Below, one piece after another: positions 50,206 to 62,297 of a stretch of 64,000 nt of DNA; position 1 is the stretch's first letter; each line of letters begins with the position of its first letter. The stretch comes from Eledone cirrhosa (Eukaryota): the NCBI GenBank assembly GCA_964016885.1, contig OZ024741.1, forward strand, positions 80,538,001-80,602,000. Direction: 5' to 3'. The position numbers were made by a program, and so were the translations under genes. The notes beneath the pieces are model-generated. The model made no database searches and was not told the origin of the DNA. It was given only the letters and a program-made list of their open reading frames with translations.

Positions 50206-53200
50206 TATCTGAAACTACTCCTGGTTTTATGATACAAAACTCATCAAAATCATCATTTTCATGTCCACTTTTCCATGCTGTCATGGGTTGGACAGGATGT
50301 TTTGAGAGCAGCTTTCATTACATCTACTCGGGATTTCCTGTTTTGCAGCCTCCTTCCTTTGGGATTGCTTGGCACTTCATCCAACAATGCAATCTTCTCT
50401 CATGCAACATACCAATGTAATCTTATCTCCTGCACATATATTTATCTAAAAACATTCCATCAGGATTTTATGTAAGAGATTAATGAGAAAGTTAGTTATA
50501 CAAAATCCTTCCAAATTTCTGATTATTCTCAAAATGAATTGAAAATCATGCACTGTTTTTCCTTGGAAAAATGGTAACAAAAGGGTTAAACTTTTATTTT
50601 TTTAGGATCCATGAAATATAAAAAAAAAAATGTTAAATATATGAGAACTAAAAGTCAATATAGGCAAGAAAAGAAATAGATCTATATTCTTATCAACTTC
50701 AACATTTAAGAAGAAAAAAACAAACATCTTTAAATTTATGAAAATTTATCAAGATTGTAGAAAATTGTATTCTGGTAGTAACTGCTATAATTGTGAGTAT
50801 GAAAATGGAACAGAAGATAGAAAGTGTAAAGTATACAGCAGTCAGGTTAGTCTACTGAAATTGTAAACAGGAATTAGTTTTTGGATAAGAATAGCAACTA
50901 CTTTTTGGCAACCTGCCCTGGTATATACTCTTCTTCATTGTGTATTGTTCATAACATTGCTGCTGCTTAGTCTATGAACTGCACAGCTAAGTCTTTTTTA
51001 AATACATACATACATACATATGAAGAGCAAACAGCACAAAAAATGAATTGTTGTCGATTAGATATGATATGAGTTCAAGAAATTTTGAAAGGAATTCACA
51101 GTGTTTCAGGAGAGACTTCTAAAGATACACTGCCCTTGTTATTGCAGTAAAATATTATTGATTTATAGAAAAAAAATGGCCTTGAAAGAAGTCTATCTGG
51201 TATGTTAACCTGAGCAATTTTGTCTTTTGTTGCAATAAATAGTATCAGGTAGCGTTGTCAAAAGTTTAGCAGAAACAGTTTTTTAAGATGGTCAGGTGAC
51301 TGATATAATTACGACTATTTTTTTTTGTAGTTATCATATATATTTCCACATGCTTAAATGTTTTGTAAAATTATTTGGGTAGTATTATTATTATATATTG
51401 TGTGTTAAGTAGCAGAAGTATAAGATAAATATATATCTGTATATATACACTCTAGGGGTAACTGAGACTGCATAAATGTGTATATGTTTGGCATGTTTAC
51501 TCAATGTATTTATTTACATTTACGCTGTCTTGGTTACCTCTATGCTGTATATATATATATATATTCAGAAATATGTATATATATAAATTAATAAATATAT
51601 CTCTGTCTACTTAGCTATAGTTTAACATTTCAATGGAAAATAAAATTATATTGCCTAAAATTTAATCTTCAAATAATGTATTTATTATTCAAATTAGCTT
51701 TTGTTAGGTGTCAAACTATAACTTGTTCATATATCGAATATATATACACACATACATATTTAGATTAATCACAGTTACTTTTTCTTTCATGTATTGGTTA
51801 TATATATATATATATATAAGAAAGTGAGGTTTTTTTACAAAATGAAAAATAACTGAGGTGTCCTACACGAGTGAAAGTATAAAGAAAAAAAGATGAAACC
51901 GAAAATGCAATTGGAGTCATATTTAAAAAAAAATATATATATTTATTTGGTTCCTTTACCGGTTTTGCAGTTCTTCTGCTTTTCAAAAGTAGAGTTGAGA
52001 TGGAGGGTCTGTGCTTTTTCTCACATATGTTTTTGTTTTTTTTCATAAGACACCAACGGTTTCCATATACAAATTTATCAATATATTTCCATTAATTTCT
52101 TCCGTTATATGAATAATTTGATAAATACCTACTTTCCTATATTTTTTTGTATAAATAATTCATCATCATCATCATGGTAATAGATTTTATGTCTGTTTTT
52201 CATTCCATGCTGGCATAGATTGGATGGGCAGTGTTTCTACGACCATATGCCTTTCTTGATGTCAACATATACATTATTTATAACAATGTGTCTATTACTA
52301 ACACTCATACTGGTAGTTAACCTTGATGTACATTGTGTCCTAAGCAGCCATATAGATAAGATGTTACTAATTGAGATAAGACCATTATTCAACTTAGTTC
52401 TCTAAAAGTAGTGTACTCCACAGCTTTGCCTTTCATCCTTATGTGGTCAATAAAATAAAGCACCAGTAATGCACTGGGGTCGATTTAATTGACTTTCTCC
52501 ATCCCACAAAATTGTTGGCCTTGTGCCTAAATCTGAAACCATTATTTAATAGCATATAAACCCTACAATCAAGCTTAAGCCATTTTAATGGTAATGTGGG
52601 AACTATCCAAATGGTTTAAGGTTGACTGTAGGACTTACATGTTTTTAAATAATATCATCATCATCATCACCATTTAACATCTATTTCCGATGCTTGCATG
52701 GGTTAGATGGACTGTCAGGTACAGAAGCCAAACTGGTTAGGTGATTATGTCCTGTTCATATACCCAATTTTTGGTTTGGTTTCTATGATTGAATGTCCTT
52801 CCTAAACCACATTACAGCTTGTACTAGGACTATTTTATTATAACTGGATGCTTTTTGCTGTGGCATCAGCACTACCACCTTACAAGGTGGATTGGGTGCT
52901 TTTTATCATGGCATCAACACTATCACCTTAGTGGGAGGACTGGGTGCTCTTTGTCATGGAACCAGCACTAGCACTTTACAGAATGGACTGGGTGTATTTT
53001 ATTGTAGCACAAATACTACCTCATTACAGCACTAGGGTTCTCAGTGTCCTTGGTCAGGCTGGGGAGGTATTGATGGGAATTGGGTGTGTATAAAGGAGAG
53101 GGATACAGGCTGTATACTACTTGCCAAGTAGGGTGGAGCCATCCCACTGTCGGAGAGAAAGCACTGCATTATAGGAGTGGTCTTCAAGCAAGTGTTTGAC

Positions 53201-53609
53201 ATATTGTGGTATGTGCCTGACTATATATATATGGCTTTGTGCTTAAATTAATATATGTGTGTGAGAGTGTGTGTGTGTGAAGATGCATGACATATTCCTT
53301 CGAGTGTTGGGCTTACAGTTGTGAGGTTATGAATTTGATTCCTGGACTGGGCAGTGTGTTGTGTTCTTGAAAACACTTTATTTCATGTTGCTCCAGTTCA
53401 CTCAGCTGTAGAAATGAGTTGTAATGTCACTGGTGTAAGCTATATCAGCCTTTGCTTTTCTCTGGGGCAAAATTGGTGCCAGGAAGAGGAGAGGCTGGTA
53501 TGCATGGGTGACTACTGGTCTTCCACAACCTTGCCCAGAGGAACTTTCTAGGTGCAAATTCAATAGTCATTTCAGATAAAAGGGAGTCTTTAGCCTTTAT
53601 ATATATATT

Positions 53610-54345
53610 TCTATATATATATATAACAATGCTTGTTAAATTATGCCCAAATACGAGGATCTTATTTAAACCTTACCTTCTCGCTTACCTAAACTACCCC
53701 AACCTTAATTCTGTCGTATTTTTCCAAACAAAAATCCTTCTTATATATTCTTTTTAAATATATTTATTTCGAGGACCCTATTTAAACTCTTAACCCCTGC
53801 TCCTTCCTATCTTCTCCCCCTCCCCTACATCATGCTGGTTCGCGGTCAGCCCCCCCACTCTACATCATGCTGGTTCACGGCCAGCCCCCCCCCCCCCCCA
53901 TCTCTCTATCTATATATATAAGATAAACCCTACAAGTAATCACATTCGCCAAATTCATGGCTGCTTTCACGGTATAATGTAATGTAATGTACAAATTTTT
54001 CTTCCATTTCTCCACTCCATTTCAATTCCTTAGTCCACCCATCCGACAATTCTCTATCATTTTCTTTTCCCCCGAATCCAATCTTTGTCTCGCTACTCGT
54101 TACTCTGGCGTATTTTCCAAAACAAATATTGTATTTTTGTTAATGCTTGTTAAATTATGCCCAAATACGAGGATCTTATTTATTTAAACCTTACCTTCTC
54201 TGTCGTATTTTCCAAAACAAATCTTCTATTTTTGTTAATGCTTGTTAAATTATGCCCAAATACGAGGATCTTATTTAAACCTTACCTTCTCGCTAACAAC
54301 TCAACATCCCTCCCGCCTGCCCCCACGCACCACCATTATTATTAC
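53610..54345 (+). repeat. Helitron-like non-autonomous pieces with an internal ~55-bp segment in three copies
   Basis: Starts resembling TCTATATATATA at ~53610 and ~53900. AATGCTTGTTAAATTATGCCCAAATACGAGGATCTTATTT occurs at ~53628, ~54142 and ~54237. Confidence 0.5.
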
Positions 54346-54349
54346 GTGG

Positions 54350-57300
54350 ACCAATCATAAGTCAGAGGCCTATACTATCGCTTACCTGGTTGCCTTTCGA
54401 TATGATGGATGGACTACGGAATTCTGGAGAGTTGAAGAGAGAGAAATCTGGACGCTCAGCAACAATGCCAAAGATAAGGACAAATTCACCTCGTGGACGA
54501 GAATGCGAGCACTCCTCCTCTTTGTTTCGGCCGCGGATGGCTAACATAACCCCATCTCCCCCCGCGCCCCACCGCTCCCACCCTCCAAACGCAATCCAAA
54601 ACTTCAGAATTGGTACCATGAATGTAGGCACCTTAAAGGGTCGCTCTAACGAGGTTGTAGAAATGCTTGAACGTAAGGAGGTCGATGTTTGTTGTATTCA
54701 AGAGACCAGGTGGAGGGGTGGGTCTGCTAGATTCATTGTGGGTAAAAAACGATGCTATAAGCTTTTCTGGGTGGGAAATGACAATGGGCTGGGTGGAGTA
54801 GGAATCATGGTAGCAGAAAAGTGGGCAGATAAGATAATAGACGTAAATAGAGTGAACGACAGAATAATTAAAATAAGAGTTGTCCTCAATAGAACTACGG
54901 TGACAGTAATATCTGCGTACGCACCCCAATCCGGACTGCCCGGCACTATAAAAGACAGATTCTATGAGACACTGATGCTCACTACCTCCCAAATAACCGA
55001 CAGTGACTATATAATTATTGCAGGCGACCTAAATGGTCACGTTGGACAACATTGTGACGGCTACGACGGAATCCATGGAGGCTATGGGTTTGGTACTAGA
55101 AATGAGGAAGGCTCCAGAATCCTGGAATTCTGTGACGCAAATAACCTAGCTATCTGTAACACTAACTTATAAAAAACGTGACAATCACCTGATCACCTAT
55201 AGATCGGGGGAACACACAAGCCAGGTAGATTATATCCTTACCAGAAGACGTGACAGTGTCTGTTGTAAACACTAAATCCCTCCCCCATGAAGAATGCACC
55301 TCCAAACATAGACTGATAATTAGCGACCTAATAGTCGGGACGAGACGTACTCGACAGCAGAAGAGGACTATCATCAGGAGGAAAATATGGAAGCTAAAGG
55401 ACCCCACAGCCAGAAATAAATTTAAAAGCATACTACGTGATGCTTTCGACAGTAAGGAAGAGCAATTAGAGTCGTACAATATAGAGGAACAGTGGGAATT
55501 CCTGAAAGCAAGTCTGCTGATGGCGGCAGACGAAGTCTGTGGCTGGAGCAGGCCTGTAGGCAGGAGGAGAGTAACATGGTGGTGGAACAGTAAGGTGGAG
55601 GGGTCAATTAAGGCCAAAAAGCAGGCTTGGAAAGTATGGCGGGATGGGGGAAGTAGAGAAGACTATCAAGTGGCCAGGAGGGAAGCTAGGAGACAAGTGT
55701 ACTTCGCAAGAAGGGAAGCAGAGGAAAGAAAGTTCAAGCATGTTCTACAACGCGAGGACCAAAAACGTGAGATCTTCAGGATTGCTAGGCAATGTGTCAA
55801 GGAAAACTGTGATATTGTCAGGGAGAAGTGTGTACTTAATGATGATGGCGTACTTGCCATCACCGACGCTGATAAGAAGGTAGCTTGGAAGTGTCACTAT
55901 GAAAGGCTAGTAAATGAGGAGAATAAATGGAAGAAAGACAGTCTCCCCTACATCGACCCAATAGAGGGACCAGCAGTGTTAGTCGAGGGTAGTATAATAA
56001 GTAAGGCAATCAAAGATATGAAGACGGGTAAGGCGGCTGGGCCTTCGGAAATAGTTGCTGAGATGCTGAAGGCATCTGGAACGGTGGGACACACCATGGT
56101 CACCCGGATAGTAAACCAAGTCGTACAGAATGGGGTTGTTCCGAAGGACTGGCGTAGCAGCATCATCATTAACTGTTATAAGGGTAAAGGAGATGCCCTA
56201 GATAGGAGTAACTATAGAGGCATTAAATTAATCGACCAGGTCATGAAGGTCACGGAAAAAGTAATAGCGCAACTAATCAGAGAGAGAATTGATCTAGATG
56301 AAATGCAGTTCGGGTTTGTGTCAGGCAAAAGTACCACAGATGCTCTTTTAATTGTACGACAACTACAGGAGAAGTACCTAGCTAAAAGTAAACCCCTATA
56401 CTTAGCTTTTGTCGACTTGGAGAAAGCCTTCGACAGAGTCCCCCGCTCCATTATCTGGTGGGCTCTTAGAAAACTAGGTGTTGACGAATGGCTTGTGAGA
56501 GCTATACAAGCCATGTATAAAGAAACAGTCACCAAGTTTAGAATTAGTGAAGAGTTTAGCGTAAAAGTTGGTGTCCATCAGGGCTCTGTTCTTAGTCCCC
56601 TACTATTTATTATTGCCCTTCAGGCTATAACAGAGCAGTTCAAGACCGGCTGCCCATGGGAACTCCTATACGCAGATGATCTAACGCTCATAGCTGAATC
56701 AATGGCTGAGCTAGAGAAGAAATTCCAAACATGGAAGCACAGCCTAGAATCAAAAGGCCTTAAAATTAACCTGGCTAAGACTAAAGTTCTAGTTTGTAAG
56801 AAAGAAAATAAGGCGGCGGTCCCTTGCGGGAAGTGGCCATGCTCAGTGTGTAGGAAAGGCGTAGGTAGAAACTCCATTTTATGTCCCAAATGCAAAGTAT
56901 GGGTGCATAAAAGATGTAGTGGGATCACAGGTAAGCTCACTAAGAACATAGATTTTACATGTGGCCGGTGCTCTGGTGCAATAAGTAGCAGCAAGTGCCC
57001 ACAAAATACTAGCTCTTTCAATTGCGCAGAGGGTTCTTTAGAAATAGTGGACAGCTTCCGTTACCTGGGTGACAAAATCAGCAGTGGGGGGAGGGTGCTC
57101 TGAAAGTACAGTAGCCTGAGTCAGAACTGGATGGAAAAAGTTCAGAGAGCTTATACCACTATTAGCCGCTAAAGGGTTCTCCCTAAAAATGAAAGGCAGG
57201 TTGTATGATGCCTGCATACGAACAGCAATGTTGCATGGCAGTGAGACCTGGGCATTGTGTGCAGAGAATATACGCAGACTAGAGAGGAACGAAGCTTGCA

Positions 57301-57749
57301 TGCTCCGCTGGATGTGTAATAGTAATATACGTGAACGGCAAAGCATTAATGAACTAAGGGAAAAATTAGAAATAAGAGGGATCAGATGTTGTTTACTCGA
57401 GAGAAGGCTACTTTGGTATGGTCACGTGATGCGCATGAAAGACAACAGCTGTATAAAAAAGTGCAGGGCAATAAAGATAGACGGTAGCCACGGAGTGGGC
57501 AGACCCAGAAAAACCTGGGACGACATGATAAATTCCGACCTCACACGCTTACACCTCTCCAAGACAATGTCACTGGACCGAGACCTTTGGCGGTACTCAG
57601 TAATAGAGAAGACCCGCTCTACCTAAATACAAAGTAAAACCTACTACAGTCAGTAGGCACCTCTAACAAAATACACCCCCGTCCCACCACCCCCATCACA
57701 TCCACACCGCCCTTTTCAATGTAAAGTTATGTTGGTGCCACAACATCCA
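54350..57749 (+). mobile_element. Near full-length RTE LINE (APE endonuclease + RT + PHD-like finger), inactivated
   Basis: APE motifs GTMNVGTL, CIQETRW, SAYAPQ, GDLNGHVG and SQVDYIL, then RT motifs. Frameshifts at ~55168, ~55255 and ~57090; premature TGA at ~57117; 12-bp deletion at ~56545; 3' UTR cut at ~57750. The 5' boundary is approximate. Confidence 0.93.
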
Positions 57750-57754
57750 TAATA

Positions 57755-59658
57755 TAATCGACCAGGTAATGAAGGTCACGGAAAATGTAATAGCGCAACT
57801 AATCAGAGAGAGAATGGATCTAGATGAAATGCAGTTCGGGTTTGTGTCATGCAAAAGTACCAAAGACGCTCTTTTCATTGTAGGACAACTACAGGAGAAG
57901 TACCTAGCTAAAAGTAAACCCCTATACTTAGCTTTTGTTGACTTGGAGAAAGCCTTCGACAGAGTCCCCCATTCCATTATCTGGTGGGCTCTTAGAAAAC
58001 TAGGTGTTGATGAATGGCTTGTGAGATCTATACAAGCCATATATAAAGAAACAGTCAGCAAGGTTAGAATTAACAACGAATATAGTGAAGAGTTTAGCGT
58101 AAAAGTTGGTGTCCATCAGGGCTCTGTTCTTAGCCCCCTACTATTTATTATTGCCCTTCAGGCTATAACAGAGGAGTTCAAGACCGGCTGCCCATGGGAA
58201 CTCCTATACGCAGATGATCTAACGCTCATAGCTGAATCAATGACCGAACTAGAGAAGAAATTCCAAACATGGAAGCATGGCCTAGAATCAAAAGGCCTTA
58301 AAATTAACCTGGCTAAGACAAAAGTTCTAGTTTGTAGGAAAGAAAATATGGCGGCAGTCCCATCTGGGAAATGGCCATGCTCAGTGTGTAGGAAAGGCGT
58401 AGGTAGAAACTCCATTTTATGTCCCAAATGCAAAGTATGGGTGCATAAAAGATGTAGTGGGATCACAGGTAAGCTAACTAAGAACATAGATTTTACATGT
58501 GGCCGGTGCTCTGGTGCAATAAGTAGCAGCAAGTGCCCACAAAATACTAGCTCCTTCAACTGCGCAGAGGGTTCTATAGAAATAGTGTACAGCTTCCGTT
58601 ACCTGGGTGACAAAATCAACAGTGGGGGAGGGTGCTCTGAAAGTACAGTAGCTAGAGTCAGAACTGGATGGAAAACGTTCAGAGAGCTTATACCACTATT
58701 AGCCGCTAGAGGGTTCTCCCTAAAAATGAAAGGCAGGTTATACGATGCCTGCATACGAACAGCAATGCTGCATGGCAGTGAGACCTGGGCATTGTGTGCA
58801 GAGGATATACGCAGACTAGAGAGGAACGAAGCTTGCATGCTCCGCTGGATGTGCAATAGTAATATACGTGAACGGCAAAGCATAAACGAACTAAGGAAAA
58901 AATTAGAAATAAGAGGGATCAGATGTTGTTTACTCGAGAGAAGGCTACGTTGGTACGGTCACGTGATGCGCATGAAAGACGACAGCTGTATAACAAAGTG
59001 CAGGGCAATAAAGATAGACGGTAGCCACGGAGTAGGCAGACCCAGAAAAACATGGGACGAGCTGATAAATTCCGACCTCACACGCTTACACCTCTCCAAG
59101 ACAATGTCACTGGACCGAGACCTTTGGCGGTACTCAGTAATAGAGAAGACCCGCCTTACCTAAATACAAAGTAAAAACCTACTACAGTCAGTAGGCATCT
59201 CTATCAAAACACCCCCCCGTCCCACCACCTCCACCCCATCCACACCGCCCCTTTCAATGTACAGTTATGTTGGTCCCACAACATCCAGGCCGAAACAAAT
59301 GAGATCGTGTAGGTGTCACGACAAAAAAACACACAGTCCACGCTGTAAATGTGGCCGTGTAGGCAACACGGTAAAAACCTCCCAGCCCCACACTGTAAAT
59401 GTGGTTGGTGTTAGGAAGGGCATCCAGCAGTAGAAAACCCGCCAGACAGTCCACGCTGTAATGTGGCCGTGTAGGCAACATGGTAAAAACCTCCCAGCCC
59501 CACACTGTAAATGTGGTTGGTGTTAGGAAGGGCATCCAACTGTAGAAAACCCGCCAGACAGTCCTATGCGAGCAAGACAACCACTCTTGCCTCAAGTGGG
59601 AAAACCCCCGTCCAAACCCATGCAAGCGTGGAACACGGACGCTAAACCTGATGATGAT
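57755..59658 (+). mobile_element. 5'-truncated RTE LINE joined directly behind the previous copy
   Basis: Open ORF 57769..59163, complete 3' UTR with duplicated ~110-bp unit, and (GAT)3 tail. Confidence 0.95.
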
Positions 59659-59737
59659 ATATATAAATATATATAAATATATATATATATAAATATATAT
59701 ATATTTATATATATATATTTATATATATAAATATATT

Positions 59738-59769
<32 letters not shown>

Positions 59770-59861
59770 TATATATATATATATTTATATATATATATAT
59801 TTATATATATATATATTTATATATATATATATTTATATATATATATATTTATATATATATA

Positions 59862-59918
<57 letters not shown>

Positions 59919-59933
59919 ATTTATATATATATA
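59659..59933. repeat. (TA)n-type compound microsatellite
   Basis: TA runs with periodic TTT/AAA interruptions. Confidence 0.95.
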
Positions 59934-61885
59934 TATTTTTATTTCTATATTCTCTAATTTACCCTTGTGTTCTATCTTAGCATGTTGGTAGAGTACAGAT
60001 GATTCTTTATTATCTTGAAGGTCTCGCCAGTGTTCATTTATCCGTTCCCCTATACTACGAGCTGTCTCACCTATGTACACTATATTTTTGTTTTTACATT
60101 GTCCTTCAGTACATCTTATGCTATACAGTACATTTCTAGTTTTACAGTTAATATGGGGGCTTATTTTACAGGTTATACATTTCTTATCTACACATGAGGG
60201 TCTTTGGAACGGGTATGTGTTGCTAATAAGTGTTTTTACGGAGGTACCTGGTCTTTCTACTATCTTAATATTGAGTTTATGTTTATTTAGGGCCCTTCTA
60301 AATTTGTAGGCTAGTTCGCCTCTAGGGGTTGTGTCGATGAACATTACACTCTGGTATTTATTGCTATCATACCATGAGTTTATTCTATTGGCCTTGTTCC
60401 TAGTTCTTTCTATTCTATTCCGAAATTTGCTCCTATACAAGGGGCAGGTCCCATTTATGTCATTATTTCCCATTTTTCCCATTTGGTTCTGGCTCCTCTA
60501 TACATTCTGATTCTATCTCTCTGATTGTAGCCAGAGAACTGCATACGGTGGATGAAGTGTTGTATGTGTCTCTCGAGTTCTTCAAGGTTGCACATGCGGG
60601 ACACATTTCTCATCACCCGTACCAAATCCGCAATCAGTATGTTGATTTTGGTATGGTCCAAAATGGCCGAGTTTCGGTGGATCAGATGTTTGGAAGTCAT
60701 GGGTTTGGCATAATGGGAATGGAGGATTTGTTTTTGGTTGTTAATGGTATCTAACAAGAGCTCTGTGTCTAGTACAGGTAATCGATGGTCGGGGTGTCTA
60801 CTTGGGTAGTCTATAGTAACTCTAATGCTCTGGTGGATGGAGTTTGCTATTTGCTGGATGCTTTCAATTGTGTTTTTCTCTAGTTCCTGACTGTTCTCTA
60901 GTGGGGGTGTCTTAACTACGATGTTTATATCATCTACGTAGCGGGAGTACATTATCAAGGTTAAGCTGTCTTCTAATTGTTGTTTAAGTTTAAGTCTACT
61001 GTCCCACCATACCATGAATAAGTTAGCTATGTCGCCTGCAATGCTAACACCAATGGCTGCTCCTTCCTCTTGGGCATATGTTTTTCCATTAAGTTTGAAC
61101 ATATGTTCCTTAAGGGTTAATTTTATGCTGGCCCCCACCGCATTACCTCAATGGCCAAGAAAACCCACACAGATAGATGGAACGGGTGGACCAGAGCCAT
61201 ACGGACACCCGAAAACCACGATGAACTGAAGAAAATGATTGCACATGCGGTGGGGGCCAGCATAGAAATAAAAATAGAATCCACACACAGAAAAGACGCA
61301 ATGTTTAGGCAAATTACAGAGGCAGTAAGCATAAAAGAATTAAAGCCAAAATTAAATAGAAAATATGAGTGGAACAGCAACATCACAACTTACAATTAAG
61401 GACAAAATGAAAACACACACACACATAGAACAAACAACTTACAATTGAAAACACACACAAAATGAAAACACACACAAGACAAAATGAAAACACACACACA
61501 CATAGAACAAACAACCAACCAACAATAAATAAATAAATAAATAAACAAATAGATAAATGAACACAAACACACACAGACACCCGGATGTGGCGCATGCGCA
61601 AACTGAGCACACAACACACACACAGAAACAAAATGGCGTAGGATAGAAGAAAGGAAAGGCACAGAAACAAAGAAAGGAATCCCCAGTCACTGAAGAGGTC
61701 ACAAAGTGTGTGACGAAAGGACTATGACTATATATAAACAACTATCTGGTTGTGGAACCAACCAACCAACCAGAAATTTATAAGTTTGTAGATTTGTAAA
61801 TTTATAAATATATAATAAATTGAAGTGAAAGCAACTGGTGCGTGTGTTTCTTATTGGCAACATGACCCTCCCAAAGTATAACAAT
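59934..61885. mobile_element. Rearranged Penelope-like retroelement (RT + GIY-YIG; possibly Naiad/Neptune-type)
   Basis: Minus-strand ORFs: RT (QEEGAAIG..ANLFM, YSRYVDDI) and Cys linker + GIY-YIG (NVLYSIRC..YIGETARS..ERINEH), with one frameshift at ~60470. Plus-strand ORF 61151..61399 carries an upstream RT piece fused to the GIY-YIG C-terminus (RQITEAVSI..LNRKYEW), followed by a UTR with a hammerhead. Confidence 0.9.
61685..61729 (+). ncRNA. Minimal type I hammerhead ribozyme in the Penelope 3' UTR/pLTR
   Basis: AGTCA-CTGAAGA-G-GTCACA-AAGTG-TGTGAC-GAAA-GGAC-TA^-TGACT: 5-bp stem I, 6-bp stem II, both conserved boxes and a CUA cleavage triplet. PLE-borne minimal hammerheads are an established feature. 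Confidence 0.85.
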
Positions 61886-61940
61886 ATTTATATATATATA
61901 TTTATATATATATATATTTATATATATTTATATATTGTTA

Positions 61941-62007
<67 letters not shown>

Positions 62008-62026
62008 ATATAATTATATATATATT

Positions 62027-62093
<67 letters not shown>

Positions 62094-62297
62094 ATATAAT
62101 TATATATATATATATATAATTATATATATATATATATATATAATTATATATATATATATATAATTATATATATATATATATAATTATATATATATATATA
62201 TAATTATATATATATATATAATTATATATATATATATAATTATATATATATATATAATTATATATATATATATATAATTATATATATATATATATAA
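61886..62297. repeat. (TA)n / (TA)nAT compound microsatellite
   Basis: TA runs; the later part is periodic TAAT(TA)n, which resumes at 63842-64000. Confidence 0.95.

Noticed and set aside
54345-54600. HDV-like ribozyme at the 5' end of the near full-length RTE
   Set aside because: Expected for some RTEs, but no nested double pseudoknot could be identified by eye; a descriptor search is needed.
59934-61700. Selenoprotein-type (UGA/SECIS) Penelope-like element
   Set aside because: No in-frame TGA at Cys positions in the visible ORF pieces and no convincing SECIS hairpin in the UTR.
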